This document shows, piece by piece, positions 25,471 through 37,894 of a stretch of 64,000 nucleotides of DNA. Both the position numbers and the translations under genes were made by a program. The DNA is from Heptranchias perlo (lineage: Eukaryota): assembly GCF_035084215.1 (NCBI RefSeq), contig NW_027139821.1:1-64000 (forward strand), given 5' to 3'. The notes beneath the pieces were generated by a model. It worked only from the letters and a program-made list of their open reading frames with translations, did no database searches and had not been told where the DNA came from. Within the stretch, counting starts at the first letter, position 1. Every line of letters starts with the position of its first letter.

Positions 25471-27858
25471 TCCAATAATGATGGAGATGGAGGAAGAGGA
25501 ATATAGGAATTGCTGGACGGAAAAAGACCAAGGTCCTCTCGTTCTCCTCCCGTTATCCTGGTGGTCACATGATACAATGATAATAGAGTTCACCAATCAT
25601 AGCAATCATAGAATCACAGAAAGTTAGGGCATAGAAGGAGGCCGTTCAGCCCATCGTGTCTGTGCCAGCCGAAAAAGAGCCATCCAGCTTAATCCCACTT
25701 TCCAGCACTTGGTCCGGGATAGCCCTGTAGGTTACGGCACCTCAAGTGCACATCCAGGTACTTTTTAAATGAGTTGAGGGTTTCTGCCTCTCCCACCCTC
25801 TCAGGCAGTGAGTTCCAGACCCCCACCACCCTCTGGAGTGAAAAACATGTCTCCTCAGCTCCCCTCTAATCCTTCTACCAATTACTTTAAATCGTGCCCC
25901 CTGATTATTGACCTCTCTGCTAAGGGAAATAGGTCCTCCCTATCCACTCTATCTAGGCCCCTCATAATTTTATACACCTCAATTAAATCTCCCCTCAGCC
26001 TCCTCTGTTCCAAAGAAAACAACCCCAGCCTATCCAATCTTTCCTCATAGCTAAAATTCTCCAGCCCTGGCAACATCCTCGTAAATCTCCTCTGTACCCT
26101 CTCTAGTGCAATCACATCTTTCCTGTAATATGGTGACCAGAACTGTGCACAGTACTCAAGCTGTGGTCTAACCAATGTTTTATACAGTTCTAGCATAACC
26201 TCCCTGCTCTTATATTCTGTGCCTCTGCTAATAAAGGAAAGTATCCCGTATGCCTTTTTAACCACCTTATCTACCTGTCCTGCTACCTTCAGGGATCTAT
26301 GGACATACACTCCAAGTTCCCTCTGTTCCTCTACACCTCTCAGTATCCTCCCATTTATTGTGTACTCCCTTGCCTTGTTTGCTCTCCCCAAATGCATTAC
26401 CTCACACTTCTCCAGATTGAATTCCATTTGTCACTTTTCTGCCCACCTGACCAGTCTATTGATATCTTCCTGCAGTCCACAGCTTTCCCCCTCACTATCA
26501 ACCACATGGCCAATTTTTGTATCATCTGCAAACTTCTTGATCAAGCCCCCCACATTCAAGTCCAAATAATTAATATATATCAAAAAAAGCAAGGGACCCA
26601 GTACTGAGCCTTGTGGAACCCCACTGGAAACAAAAAGTCGCATAAACACCCGTCAACTATTACCCTTTGCTTCCTGACACTGAGCCAATTTTGGATCCAA
26701 CTTGCCACTTTCCCTTGGATCCCATGGGCTTTTACCTTTTTGATCAGTCTGCCAGGTGGGACCTTGTCAAAAGCCTTGCTAAAATCCATGTAGACTACAT
26801 CAAACGCACTACCCTCATCGACCCTCCTTGTTACCTCATCAAAAAATTCAATCAAGTTGGTCAGACACGACCTTTCCTGAACAAATCCATGCTGACTGTC
26901 CTTGATTAACCCGTGCCTTTCTAAATGATGATTTATCCTGTCCCTCAGAATCGATTCCAATAATTTGCCCACCACCGAGGTTAGACTGACTGGCCTGTAA
27001 TTATTCGGTTTATCTCTTTCTCCCTTTTTAAACAATGGGACAACGTTAGCAGTCCTCCAATCCCCTGGCACCACGCCTGTATCCAGGGAGGATTGGAAAA
27101 TGATGGTCAGAGCCTCCGCTATTTCCTCCCTTGCTTCTCTTAACAGCCTGGGATTCATTTCATCCGGGCCTGGCACTTTCAAAGATGCTAATCCCCTAAA
27201 TACATCCTCTCTCACTGTTTATCCCATCCAATATTTCACACTCCTCCTCCTTAACTATAATCTCTGCATCGTCCCTCTCCTTTGTGAAGACAGAAGCAAA
27301 GTATTCATGAAGAACGATTCCCACATCTTCCCCCTCCACACACAGGTTACCTTTTTGGTCTCTAATCGGCCCTACTCTTTCCTTAGTTATTCTCTTGCTC
27401 TTTATGTATTTATAAAACATTTTTGGGTTTTCTTTAACTTTACTTGCCAGTATTTTTTCATGCCCTCTCTTTGCTTTCCTAATTTCCTTTTTAATTTCAC
27501 CCCTGCACTTTCTAGACTCCTCCAGGATTTCTGCAGTATTGAGCTCTCGGTGTCTGATATAAGCTTCCCTTTTTTGCCTTATTTTACCCTGTGTGCTCCT
27601 TGTCGTCCAGGGGGCTCTAGATTTGGGAGTCCCACCCTTTTTCTTTGTGGGAACATGTTTACTCTGAACCCCTCGAATCTCCCCCTTGAATGTCTCCCAC
27701 TGCTCTGACACTGATTTACCTTCAAGTAGCTGTTTCCAGTCCACTTTTGCTAAATCACTTCTCAGCTTAGTAAAATTGCCCTTTCCCTAATTTCAACCTT
27801 TTACTCCTGTTCTATCTTTGTCCTTTTCCATTACTATGCTAAATCTAACTGAATTATG

Positions 27859-30800
27859 GGCCCCGATATTACCAGGGAGGTGGGTTGGCAGCAGGGGGGG
27901 GCGACTGGGCGCGTGGGTAACCCGCCCAGTAAAATCCATCCGTTCCCCACGCGATCGCGGGTAAATTGAAGCCACTTACCGTGGCTTCCGGGTTTCCCGT
28001 CGTCAACCTGCGCAGCGGGCGGCCTGCGTACCCACATCACAGGCTGTCAGCTGGAGGAGCCCTATTTAAAGGGGAAGTCCTCCAATGGCTGCTCCTGCAG
28101 CAAAGAACCAAAATTATAGAATGGAGCAGCCGAGGGGAAAGGCTGCTCCCAGATTTAACAATCCCTCACTCCAGGTCCTACTGGATCGGGTGAGGAAGAG
28201 GAGGGATATTTTCTACCCGGCAGACGGGAGGAAGTGGCCTGTCTCTGCCACCAAGAAGGCCTGGCTCGAGGTGGCAAAGGAGGTCACCAGCAGCAGCAAC
28301 GTCTCCCGCACCTGGATCCAGTGCAGGAAGAGCTTCAATGACCTAACCAGGTCAGTCAAAGTGAGCACACTTACTCATTCTCCTACACTCCATCTTCCAC
28401 AACACCGCCCCCACCCCACAACTCCTTCTGCACTGCCAACACTACTCTATCACATCACTCCTCACACCCACTCAAACCTCATCCTCAACTTACCTGCACT
28501 TCCTCACCTCCCCAGTGCTCACCCCACCACTACCACTCAACCCAATCCTCATACAATCTCATGGCTCTGTCTCATACTCACCCTCTGATGCATCTCTTTC
28601 ACGGTCAGCCTCACCCAAACCAATGCATTCAGCGGTTGGCCACGTCACCATCCCTCACTCACGCCTCTCTACTTTCTCCCCTTATAAAAGAGAGCCCAGA
28701 ATGCATGGGAGAGGGCGAAGACCGGAGGGGGGCGCAACATCTGGTCGTCCTCACAGACGCGGAGCAGGAGGCTCTGGAGCTGAGCCACACCCTCGAGTGC
28801 CTGTCTGTCGGGGATGTCGAGGCTGCCACCCGACAAACATCTGGTGACAGAACTTTAACATTCAGCACTCACAATAGCAAATGATGTTAACATGCCTCAC
28901 CATCTTCAGCACCTCAACATCTGTCATCATGCTTAATATTACCTTCTGTTCTCTTACAGGGCCTTCAGCGACCGCCATGACAGTGGAGGGCGATTCCTCA
29001 GAGGACCTGCCGGCCTTTGAGGGGGCACCGTCACATCTGAGCGAGCCATCCACCAGCGCAGATACTCACACCTTGGTGGGTCCCCGTCCTCACTTAATTG
29101 GGGTCGCACACGGTGAGTCACCACACCCATGTGAGCACAAGCAGACACTGGTGGTAGGGGCAGCTGTGGAGAGTCCCTGTCGGTGGGAGCACTCCTCTCC
29201 AGGCTCTGCTCAGCAGGACACAGATGCTGAACCCTGGGGGCCAACCATGAAAAGGAGAATGATCGAGGGACAGCAGCACATTTACGAGGTGCTGGAAAAA
29301 GTGCCACGCGCACTCTCCACAATCGCACAGAGGATGGAGGAGTCCAACTCCTGCATGAGTGGAATGGTGGCACAGATACAGGAGGGAATCTCTGAGATAG
29401 TGTCACAGGGACATGAGGGAATCTCTGAGATAGTGTCACAGGGACATGAGGGAATCTCTGAGATACTGTCACAGGGACGTGAGGGAATCTCTGAGATAGT
29501 GTCACAGGGACGTGAGGGAATCTCTGAGTTACTGTCACAGGGACATGAGGGAATCTCTGAGATACTGTCACAGGGACGTGAGGGAATCTCTGAGATAGTG
29601 TCACAGGGACGTGAGGGAATCTCTGAGATACTGTCACAGGGACGTGAGGGAATCTCTGAGATACTGTCACAGGGACGTGAGGGAATCTCTGAGATAGTGT
29701 CACAGGGACGTGAGGGAATCTCTGAGATACTGTCACAGGGACGTGAGGGAATCTCTGAGATACTGTCACAGGGACGTGAGGGAATCTCTGAGATACTGTC
29801 ACAGGGACGTGAGGGAATCTCTGAGATAGTGTCACAGGGACGTGAGGGAATCTCTGAGATAGTGTCACAGGGACGTGAGGGAATCTCTGAGATACTGTCA
29901 CAGGGACGTGAGGGAATCTCTGAGATAGTGTCACAGGGACGTGAGGGCATCTCTGAGATACTGTCACAGGGGCATGAGGGAATCTCTGAGATACTGTCAC
30001 AGGGACGTGAGGGAATCTCTGAGATACTGTCACAGGGACGTGAGGGAATCTCTGAGATAGTGTCACAGGGACGTGAGGGAATCTCTGAGATACTGTCACA
30101 GGGGCATGAGGGAATCTCTGAGATACTGTCACAGGGGCATGAGGGAATCTCTGAGATACTGTCACAGGGACGTGAGGGAATCTCTGAGATAGTGTCGTGG
30201 GTAAGTGTGGGAATGTCTGCGATGGAGGGAAGGCGAGCCTCCATGGAGCTTCAAGCACGGCTCACCAATGATTCCATTCAGACCCTGACAACGGCCCTTC
30301 GGACTCAGGGTGAGCAACTTTCTGCTGCTTTAAACAGGCAGGCAGATACTCTGGCACTGGCCTGACAAGACTTCACACATGTCCTCCAAACTGTCGTCCA
30401 GCAGGGTGGTAGGAGTGATGTGGGCCTGGCCCAGGAGAGGGATGATGGCGAAAGGGGGCATGGAAGTGGGGACGTCACTCAAAGCACCCCCACGTCTCAC
30501 CCATTGCCCCCCTCTCAACCTGTACCCACAATGCTGCCTCCTCTCCTGGTGGTCGAGTCTGCCCCTGCACAGGTGCAGGTGGAGCAGTCTTTGGAGGGGC
30601 CCTCATGGGCACCGAAACCCAGAGGGCGAAGGCCCAAAGCATCTAATCGATCAGGGCATGAATGAGAGCAACCTGCCACTACCTCTGCTGCAGCCACAGG
30701 GGATGCACCACGTGGGAGTAGTCGGAAGCGAAAGGTGAAGGTTTTGTGAGCACGAAGGGGATGCACAAGGGGGTCTGACAGACTGTCATGCTTTTTATTT

Positions 30801-31646
30801 ATATTTCATTTTTGTTAAACTCACATTAAATATTATTATTGTCACCACTACTGCCACGTCTTGGCCATTCTTGACTGGCTTGTGTAATAAGTCCCTTTCA
30901 TGAGGTTCTCCATGAACACCCACACTTGATGCCACCCATTGGGTGACCCGACAGTGGGTGTATGTGTAGTTCCACGACTATTTTGTGCAGGTCCCTGTGG
31001 TGCAGCACTGTGTTGTGGAGCTCCATGTGGCGGAGGTGGACGGCGTGCCTGGCGAGGCTGGTGATGGTGCCCGTCCTCGGATGAAGTGATGAATGCAGCA
31101 ATGGTGCCCCCCATCCTGACGGTGTGAGTTTGAGGGGGTCCGCAAAGTGGGTAAATGTGTTTGTACAGCAGAGTTTAGGGTCTAAATTAATAATTTTGAG
31201 TGGAAAGACAAAGGTGTTGCAGCCAAAACTTAGTCTGAAGTGACAGAGTGCCCTGCTGCAATAAATGAGGTTTTCCCCCCACCTGTCAAATAATCCTTTG
31301 CATCTCCCACTGGCTGCTGAGTGAAACACGTCTGCTCCAACAGGGAGTGTTTCCCACAGCACGGGAAACACGCTGAGGATCCTTCAAAATTGCACCCCTG
31401 TCAAAATCTCCACTCAATGAGGTCTGTCAAGTACCTCAAGTATCTGACGATCTAAAGCAGCATCCCGCCGGCTTTAATTGCCGGTGGGAGTCCCACATTC
31501 GGGAGCTGCGCACGCACCCGAACACGTCACTGGGGAACCCGGAAGTCAGCGGGTTGGAGCTGGGCTCCGAAACTGCTCCGAGATTCCGCCATTTTAGGAG
31601 CCCCCCGCCCCCAATGCCGCCGCTCGGCCATCTGAAAATCGGCCCC
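27859..31646 (+). mobile_element. Non-autonomous Harbinger-type transposon with TIRs, 3-bp TSD and a Myb/SANT-like gene
   Basis: Left end GGCCCCGATATT, right end AAAATCGGCCCC; ATG duplicated at 27856-58 and 31647-49, and removal restores the CR1 sequence gaattATGatcact. Exon 1 MEQPRGKAAPRF..AWLEVAKEV..RTWIQCRKSFNDL (28120-28360). Premature stops; no DDE transposase domain recognised. Confidence 0.88.
29380..30197 (+). repeat. 33-bp in-frame minisatellite encoding (QGREGISEILS)n, ~25 copies
   Basis: Unit GAGGGAATCTCTGAGATACTGTCACAGGGACGT; frame preserved in ORF 28881-30365. Confidence 0.95.
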
Positions 31647-33459
31647 ATGATCACTCCCAGCAAAATGCTCTCCCACTGATCCTCCTTCCACTGCCCAGCT
31701 TTATCCCCGAAAACTAAATCCAGAACTGACCCCCCGCCCCCTCTTGTTGGGCTTGCTACGGACTGGATAAAAAAGTTCTCCTGAATGTAATTGATGAATT
31801 CTGCACCCTCTGTACCTTTTACACTGATTCTATCCCAGTTAATATCAGGGGCGTTGAAATCCCCCACTATTACTGCCCCATTGTTTTTGCACTTTTCAGA
31901 AATTTGCCTCCATATTTGCTCTTCTATCTCCCTCTGACTGTTTGGGGGTCTATCGTTCACTCCCAGCAGTGGGACTGCCCCTTTTTTTGTTCCTTTGCTC
32001 AACCCATGTGACCTCATTTGATGATCCTTTGAACATATCATCCCTCCTCACGGCCGTAATTGTTTCTTTAACCAATATTGCCCACCCCCCCTCCTTTTTT
32101 ATCCCCCTCTCTATCTCGTCTAAAAACCCTGTATCCAGGAACGTTGAGCTGCCATTCCTGCCCCCCAGTCAATCTCCATCAATGTGTCTACAACAGACCC
32201 ACTGATGAGGTGAGGAAAACCCCCAGTGGTGGAGAGATTTGGGAACCAGAGGTCCAAAGTCACCTGTTCCTCCCCAGCCTCTTACTCGAACGTCATGTCT
32301 CAAATTACTCATTTACTGTATCCCAAAATATTCAGTTCTGAAAGAAATCGATCTGATGTGTATTTGAATGAATGAACATTCTCTGCTCTGAGAACTTACT
32401 CCATTTACATAATCACAAGGAAATAAGGTGGAGAAGGGAGGTGATGTTGATGAAGATACGATGTTGTCTTGCTCATTGGAGGAACCATGCAACACATGAG
32501 CAGGAGCACTGAAGCTCCAGTGACTCACCTTTCCCACAGAAAATGTGGATTTACAAAAAACACCAACAAGTGGACTCTGGACCTGGAGCGCTGAGCGTCC
32601 ACTCACAGGGCAGACAGGTGGCGTGTCGGAGTCTCCGGCCATACACGGCTCCTTTCAGGCCAGCTGTAGTCCATGGGTGACAACAGGTCTGACCATGAGG
32701 GAGAGTTTCAAATCACTGCAGGCCTCCATGGGCCGTGTGGCCACTCCAAGCAGGCCTGCACAGGATGCTCCCAAGGAAGAGGGCCCTCGACCAGGAGCAG
32801 GCTGCTGCCTGGCATCCCACACTGCTGCCATGGAGGCCCTGGGCAACTAAATCAAGAGGGCTGTCTCCAAAGGTGGTTCCTAAGTTGCTGACAGGTTGGA
32901 GAGAGCTCTTGGCTCTGGCTTTCCCGATCTTTCAAGGACTATTGTAACTGCATTCCCTGAGTTCAGAGGCAGTGCCAGGAGCCAGTGGACATGTGGTCAG
33001 TTCCACAGTGAGCCAGTGATATGTGGTCTCAGGTTGGCAGGGTAAGTAAGGCCACTGTCCAGTCACTGCAGATACATTCAGAGGGCACCCTATGGCAGCA
33101 GGGCTAAGCTGCCCCTTGTGCTTTCTCAATCAGCTGATAGTGTAACCAGCCCACTGGCCGACTCTAGACACGAGAGCAGAAGGGACAGACAAGATCTCCC
33201 AGAGGCAGCAGAGGGGGAGCACTGGAATGGGAAAGCAGTGACAGAGTTCAGGGTGGACATGTAACTTTTATCCAGGTGGGATGGTGATGGTCAGTTTGAG
33301 TTACTGGCTGCTCTGGTAAGTCACTGACTAGTATTGTACTGGTCAAGGGGGGGTCAGGGTAATGGTTTAAGAGTCACCCCCTGATCTAATTGTTCCCGGT
33401 GTCCCTGGTACTCGATGTTCCAGGGTCTGGTCCTGGACAGAGTGAACACACAGCTGCAG

Positions 33460-34168
33460 TTTGGAGAGCGAGAGCTTTTATTATTCCACAGTTATAAATT
33501 GAAGCCAGTAAGTAGAGTGGTGCAGAGTGCAATCCCAAACATTTCCATTGCCCACCCTAGTCCCACACAGCAGGCCAGTAACAGCCTGGCTGGGTTCAGA
33601 GACCTGAAGCTGCTCCTTCCCTTTAACAAACCGCAGTCCCAGGGAGACACAGGGCCCACTTCAGACACCAATCAATACGGGCGGGAAGAACAGAAACTTC
33701 AACTGAGCAGAGAATCAAAACATTTCACCCTTGCCGAGGGGAAGAGGTTGGAGACGGAGTCACTGATCTGGGACTAATCAGCGGCCCGCTGACCTCTCCC
33801 TGAATCAGTTTAATGAACATTTCCCATCGACAGGAACACAGGCAACGACTGCAATTAAAAACATCTCATTTAACATTCAATGGCAAAACACACAACTGGA
33901 GATTTCGATCAAATCACCAAGAAAAAAAGCCAAAAATCATCTCAATGATGGAAACATTACAGAATACAGTAAAAAAACAGCGAGAGCAGCCAGTGACAAT
34001 CAATCAAAACTAATTGCGATTAACAATCCCCGATCGTTTCTCAATCAATCCTCCCAGCGACACCGAACATCCAGATTCTGGATCCAATCAACTTCACTCA
34101 GGATCAGCCTGGGGAATGGAACAGAGACAGATTCACAGGGAGGCTCACACCCAGTACAGGAGGTGGGA
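33460..34168 (-). other. Probable non-coding terminal (3'UTR) exon of the class I gene
   Basis: Strong acceptor tttctatatcaatctctctcAG at 34170-34169. Non-repetitive sequence. AATAAA at 33482-33477 followed by a GU-rich tgtgtgtt element. The donor 1 nt after the stop codon implies a downstream UTR exon. Confidence 0.45.
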
Positions 34169-34184
34169 CTGAGAGAGATTGATA

Positions 34185-34715
34185 TAGAAACTCCGTTCCC
34201 CAGACCCCCGACTCCATCCCTCTCCCTGGCCACTGTCTGAGGCTGAACCAGACCGTTCACAACCTTGGGGTCCTATTTGACCCTGAGATGAGCTTCTGAC
34301 CCCATATCCGCTCCATCACCAAGACCGCCTACTTCCCCCTCAGTAACATCGCCCGTCTCCACCCCTCCCTCAGCTCATCTGCTGCTGAAACCCTCATCCG
34401 TGCCTCTGTTACCTCCAGACTGGACTATTCCAATGCTCTCCTGGCCGGCCTCCCATCTTCCACCCTCCATAAACTTGAATTCATCCAAAACTCTGCTCCC
34501 GTATCCTAACTCACACCAAGTCCCGATCTCCCATCACCCCCTGTGCTCGCTGACCTACATTGGCTCCCGGTCCGGGAACGCCTCGATTTTAAAATTCTCA
34601 TCCTTGTTTTCAAATCCCTCCATGGCCCTCGCCCCCTCCCTATCTCTGTAACCTCCTCCAGCCCTACAACCCTCCGAGATCTCTGCGTTCCTCCAATTCT
34701 GGCCTCTTGTCCACC
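34185..34715 (+). mobile_element. L2-clade LINE 3' fragment
   Basis: NLGVLFDPE..RLDYSN.LLAGLP..LADLHWLPVRERLDFKILILVFKSLHG. Confidence 0.85.
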
Positions 34716-35526
34716 CCCACTCCCTTCACCCCACCATTGGTGGCCGTTCCAGGTGCCACGGGACAGGCCCCCTACAGACACAAGTAAAGATTGCAGCAAT
34801 GTGAGTGAACACGGCCAGCCCAGCCCAGGACACAATCCTTCCCATCAAACCTCTCCAGGAGCACCAGATCTCAGAGAAGACCGAGTGTTCCAGCATAGTG
34901 TCACAAGGTACACTGCACAATGGGTCAGTCTAAGGCCCAGGGTCCTAGGTGAGGTATAATCCCCATCCTCAAATCCTCAGCACAACCAGCTCCCCCTCTC
35001 AAGGTGACAGATTCCATCCTCCAGTATATTAAACAGCTGCAGGGTCTCACTGAGCAGCTGACGGGACCCAGAAGTTTGTTGCTCACCAGTCCTGGTTTCG
35101 AAACCTCCAGTTCTCCCTGTTTAAATTAATTCATTCCACTGCTGCCAGGAATATTAACCTCCACAACCCAGCCAGACGTCTGGAATTCCCTCCTCACTCC
35201 CCCAACATATTCACTTAAAGCCTCGGCCTGACGATGGCCCAGAACGATTGGACCTTCAGTTTGTTAGCTGAAGGGAAGTGGATGCTGCAGCAGCTCAGGC
35301 ACCTTTAATAGAACAAGAGGTCACCAGGTGATTCCTGGGGTCAGAGAGAAGCTTTACTCTCTCCCTGACCTCACCTGGGCCTGATTCACACTGATGATGG
35401 GTTCAAAAAAACTCTTCCTTCCCACAAAAAAAGCTCGTATTGCCAGATCTGCGATGTATTAAACCCCAGTTGATCAATGGTGGACCGTGACTGTCAAAGG
35501 AATTCCACTTCACCCCTGGGGGTTGT

Positions 35527-36127
35527 GGGCTGGAAATTGGGCCGTGTCGCGCACGTTGTTTCAGCGCGACACGGCCTCCTGAAGTGACAAGATGGTGCCT
35601 TGGCTGCGCACGCACGTTTCCAGCGTGACGTGTGCCGGACGCCACCTTGGTATAGGTATTAGCGCAGGCGCGAATATCGAACGCCGGCAGCATTTAAAGT
35701 AAGGACAAAATGGATCCAATCAGCGTGGGATTTAGTAGTGCGCAACCTTTATTCAATCTGTTAACGTCACTCAGCAGTTTTTAAACATAGGGACGGGACC
35801 TGCATCTGTGTTTTACGTGTGCAATGTCTGATCTCCATTCAGATTCCGAGCAGACAGCAGACTGTTATTTTCAGCAAATAACAGGCACTGGCTACCTTTA
35901 AGAGATTTTAAGAGACATCCTCCCTTTAAGAGAATGGGGCTCCCCCTGCAGGGTAAAGTGCAAATTGCAATGAATCCTTGTGTCAACGCTGATTTCCAAC
36001 GCTGCCTGAAGGTGAGGACTGAGGCCGGACGATTGTCTCGTCCTGCCTGCACAGGGGCCATCGGGCTCAGGTTAATATCGGATCGCGCTACCCGCGCCCA
36101 ATAATAGGCCTGATCCAATTTTACCCC
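35527..36127. mobile_element. MITE / non-autonomous DNA transposon with Harbinger-like TIRs
   Basis: Left GGGCTGGAAATTGG and right CCAATTTTACCCC form an imperfect inverted repeat of the same TIR type as at 19605-19618; CpG-rich subterminal regions; no clear TSD. Confidence 0.6.
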
Positions 36128-36343
36128 TCTGTCTTTTACAGACTGTGTTATGGAATCAGGGTTTCACTCGGTGAGAAATCTCTACAAACATTAAGTGAAA
36201 AAGCAGCGTTCCAGTGAGGAGACTCATTCCAGTCAAATATAAGCAGCTCCCTCCCGACCCCCTGAGCCCACAGTTACTGCTCTTCACAACCTGGTTTGCT
36301 GCTCATTCAGCTGCTGTTAAACTCAAGTGATTGACTTCGTACC

Positions 36344-36390
36344 TCAGGCTTGGGCTGATGAGTTCGAGGACGATTCTCCTCTTTCAGCAG
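36344..36390 (-). CDS. UAA: MHC class I cytoplasmic exon 2 with stop codon
   Basis: Acceptor cttttcttttcacAG|CT. Translates PAERGESSSNSSAQA*, a Ser-rich class I tail; TGA at 36346-36344 is followed by G|GTACG. Joined to the previous exon across an N gap. Confidence 0.82.
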
Positions 36391-36436
36391 CTGTGAAAAG
36401 AAAAGATTTCTGTCAAACAGACATTGTAGAACACAG

Positions 36437-36645
36437 NNNNNNNNNNNNNNNNNNNNNNNNNNNNNNNNNNNNNNNNNNNNNNNNNNNNNNNNNNNNNNNN
36501 NNNNNNNNNNNNNNNNNNNNNNNNNNNNNNNNNNNNNNNNNNNNNNNNNNNNNNNNNNNNNNNNNNNNNNNNNNNNNNNNNNNNNNNNNNNNNNNNNNNN
36601 NNNNNNNNNNNNNNNNNNNNNNNNNNNNNNNNNNNNNNNNNNNNN
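36437..36645. other. Assembly gap (N run) in the last coding intron of the class I gene
   Basis: About 209 N. Confidence 0.99.
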
Positions 36646-37170
36646 GAGACATGCGCGCAGAGAGAGGCGCACACAGAGAGAGCGAGGCAGACGCAGAGAG
36701 AGAGAGAGGCGCACACAGAGAGGAAGTGAGGCGCACGCAGAGAGAAAGAGAGGCGCATGCAGAGAGAGAGAGAGGCGCACGCAGAGAAAGAGAGAGAGAG
36801 GCGCACGCAGAGAAAGAGAGAGAGAGGCGCACGCAGAGAAAGAGAGAGAGGCGCACGCAGAGAGAGAAAGAGAGGCGCACGCAGAGAGAAAGAGAGGCGC
36901 ACGCAGAGAGAGAGGCGCACGCAGAGAGAGAGAGAGGCGCACGCAGAGAGAGAGAGAGGCGCACACAGAGAGAAAGAGAGGCACAAAGAGAGAGGCAGGC
37001 AGAGACACACACTCAGAGAGAGAGAGAGAGACACAGAGAGAGAGACACACACTCAGAGAGAGAGAGAGAGGGACACACACACACACAGAGATAAAGATGC
37101 ACAGAGAGACACACACGGAGACGCACACAGACAGAGACACACACAGACAGACAGAGACCCACAGACACAC
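36646..37170. repeat. (GA)n/GGCGCACGCA compound microsatellite
   Basis: Low-complexity repeats abutting the gap. Confidence 0.9.
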
Positions 37171-37197
37171 CCACCCTTGCACTATTTGCACACTTAC

Positions 37198-37233
37198 GAT
37201 TTGCTGGGCTGTAACCAGATTTTTTCTCTCCTC
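37198..37233 (-). CDS. UAA: MHC class I cytoplasmic exon 1 (36 nt)
   Basis: Acceptor gtttctgtctcttgtAG|GA, donor AATC|GTAAGT. Translates GGEKKSGYSPAN with the conserved class I tail Tyr; phase 1 at both ends. Too short for the ORF track. Confidence 0.85.
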
Positions 37234-37404
37234 CTACAAGAGACAGAAACAGACAGAACTTCAGTTACAAACAGCTCCTCGATCAGCACAGCCCCTCGCC
37301 GACACAAACTTACTCCAGAAACAGGGGCAATGACCAGATTTCCCTGTGGGCACTCACAGGAGGCTCACTGAGAAACAGGCATTGGACAATATCCTCTCTC
37401 CACC

Positions 37405-37765
37405 CGGTCCCTTCACTCCCCAATCAGGCCCAGTCCCTTCACTCCCCGTACGGGGCCCCGGTCCCTTCACTCCCTGTACGGGGCCCCGGTCCCTTCACTC
37501 CCTGTACGGGGCCCCGGTCCCTTCACTCCCCGTACGGGGCCCCGGTCCCTTCACTCCCCGTACGGGGCCCCGGTCCCTTCACTCCCCGTACGGGGCCCCG
37601 GTCCCTTCACTCCCCGTACGGGGCCCCGGTCCCTTCACTCCCTGTACGGGGCCCCGGTCCCTTCACTCCCCGTACGGGGCCCCGGTCCCTTCACTCCCCG
37701 TACGGGGCCCCGGTCCCTTCACTCCCCGTACGGGGCCCCGGTCCCTTCACTCCCTGTACGGGTCC
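37405..37765. repeat. 28-bp palindrome-containing minisatellite (GTCCCTTCACTCCCCGTACGGGGCCCCG)n
   Basis: ~12 tandem copies in the intron after the TM exon. Confidence 0.93.
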
Positions 37766-37894
37766 CTGTCCATCACTGGACTGTGTCGGAGTTTCCCACA
37801 TGTCTATGGGAAGTCTCTAATGTTCTGCCATTTGTGCTGTAACATTTGAACCTGCTCATCCCCGTGTGGGACAGATCCTGTCCTCATTTCCTAC

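Larger units (their letters stand above)
25597..32165 (-). mobile_element. CR1-clade LINE ORF2 (APE endonuclease plus RT), split by a Harbinger insertion at 27859-31646
   Basis: EN motifs RPPNSQRE..VIVGDFN.PDINW..LDLVF at 31650-32040; RT GFVQERSCLTNLIEFF..FSKAFDKVP..FADDTK at 25900-27200; ATTCTATG-type tail at ~25600. Confidence 0.92.

Noticed and set aside
28085-30750. Host MSANTD/NAIF1-like gene
   Set aside because: Bounded by TIRs and a TSD inside a LINE, with a damaged acceptor, a frameshift and premature stops; treated as transposon cargo.
36307-37371. ORFs spanning the N gap and (GA)n tract
   Set aside because: Microsatellite and N translation; the true exons here are the 36- and 48-nt class I exons.
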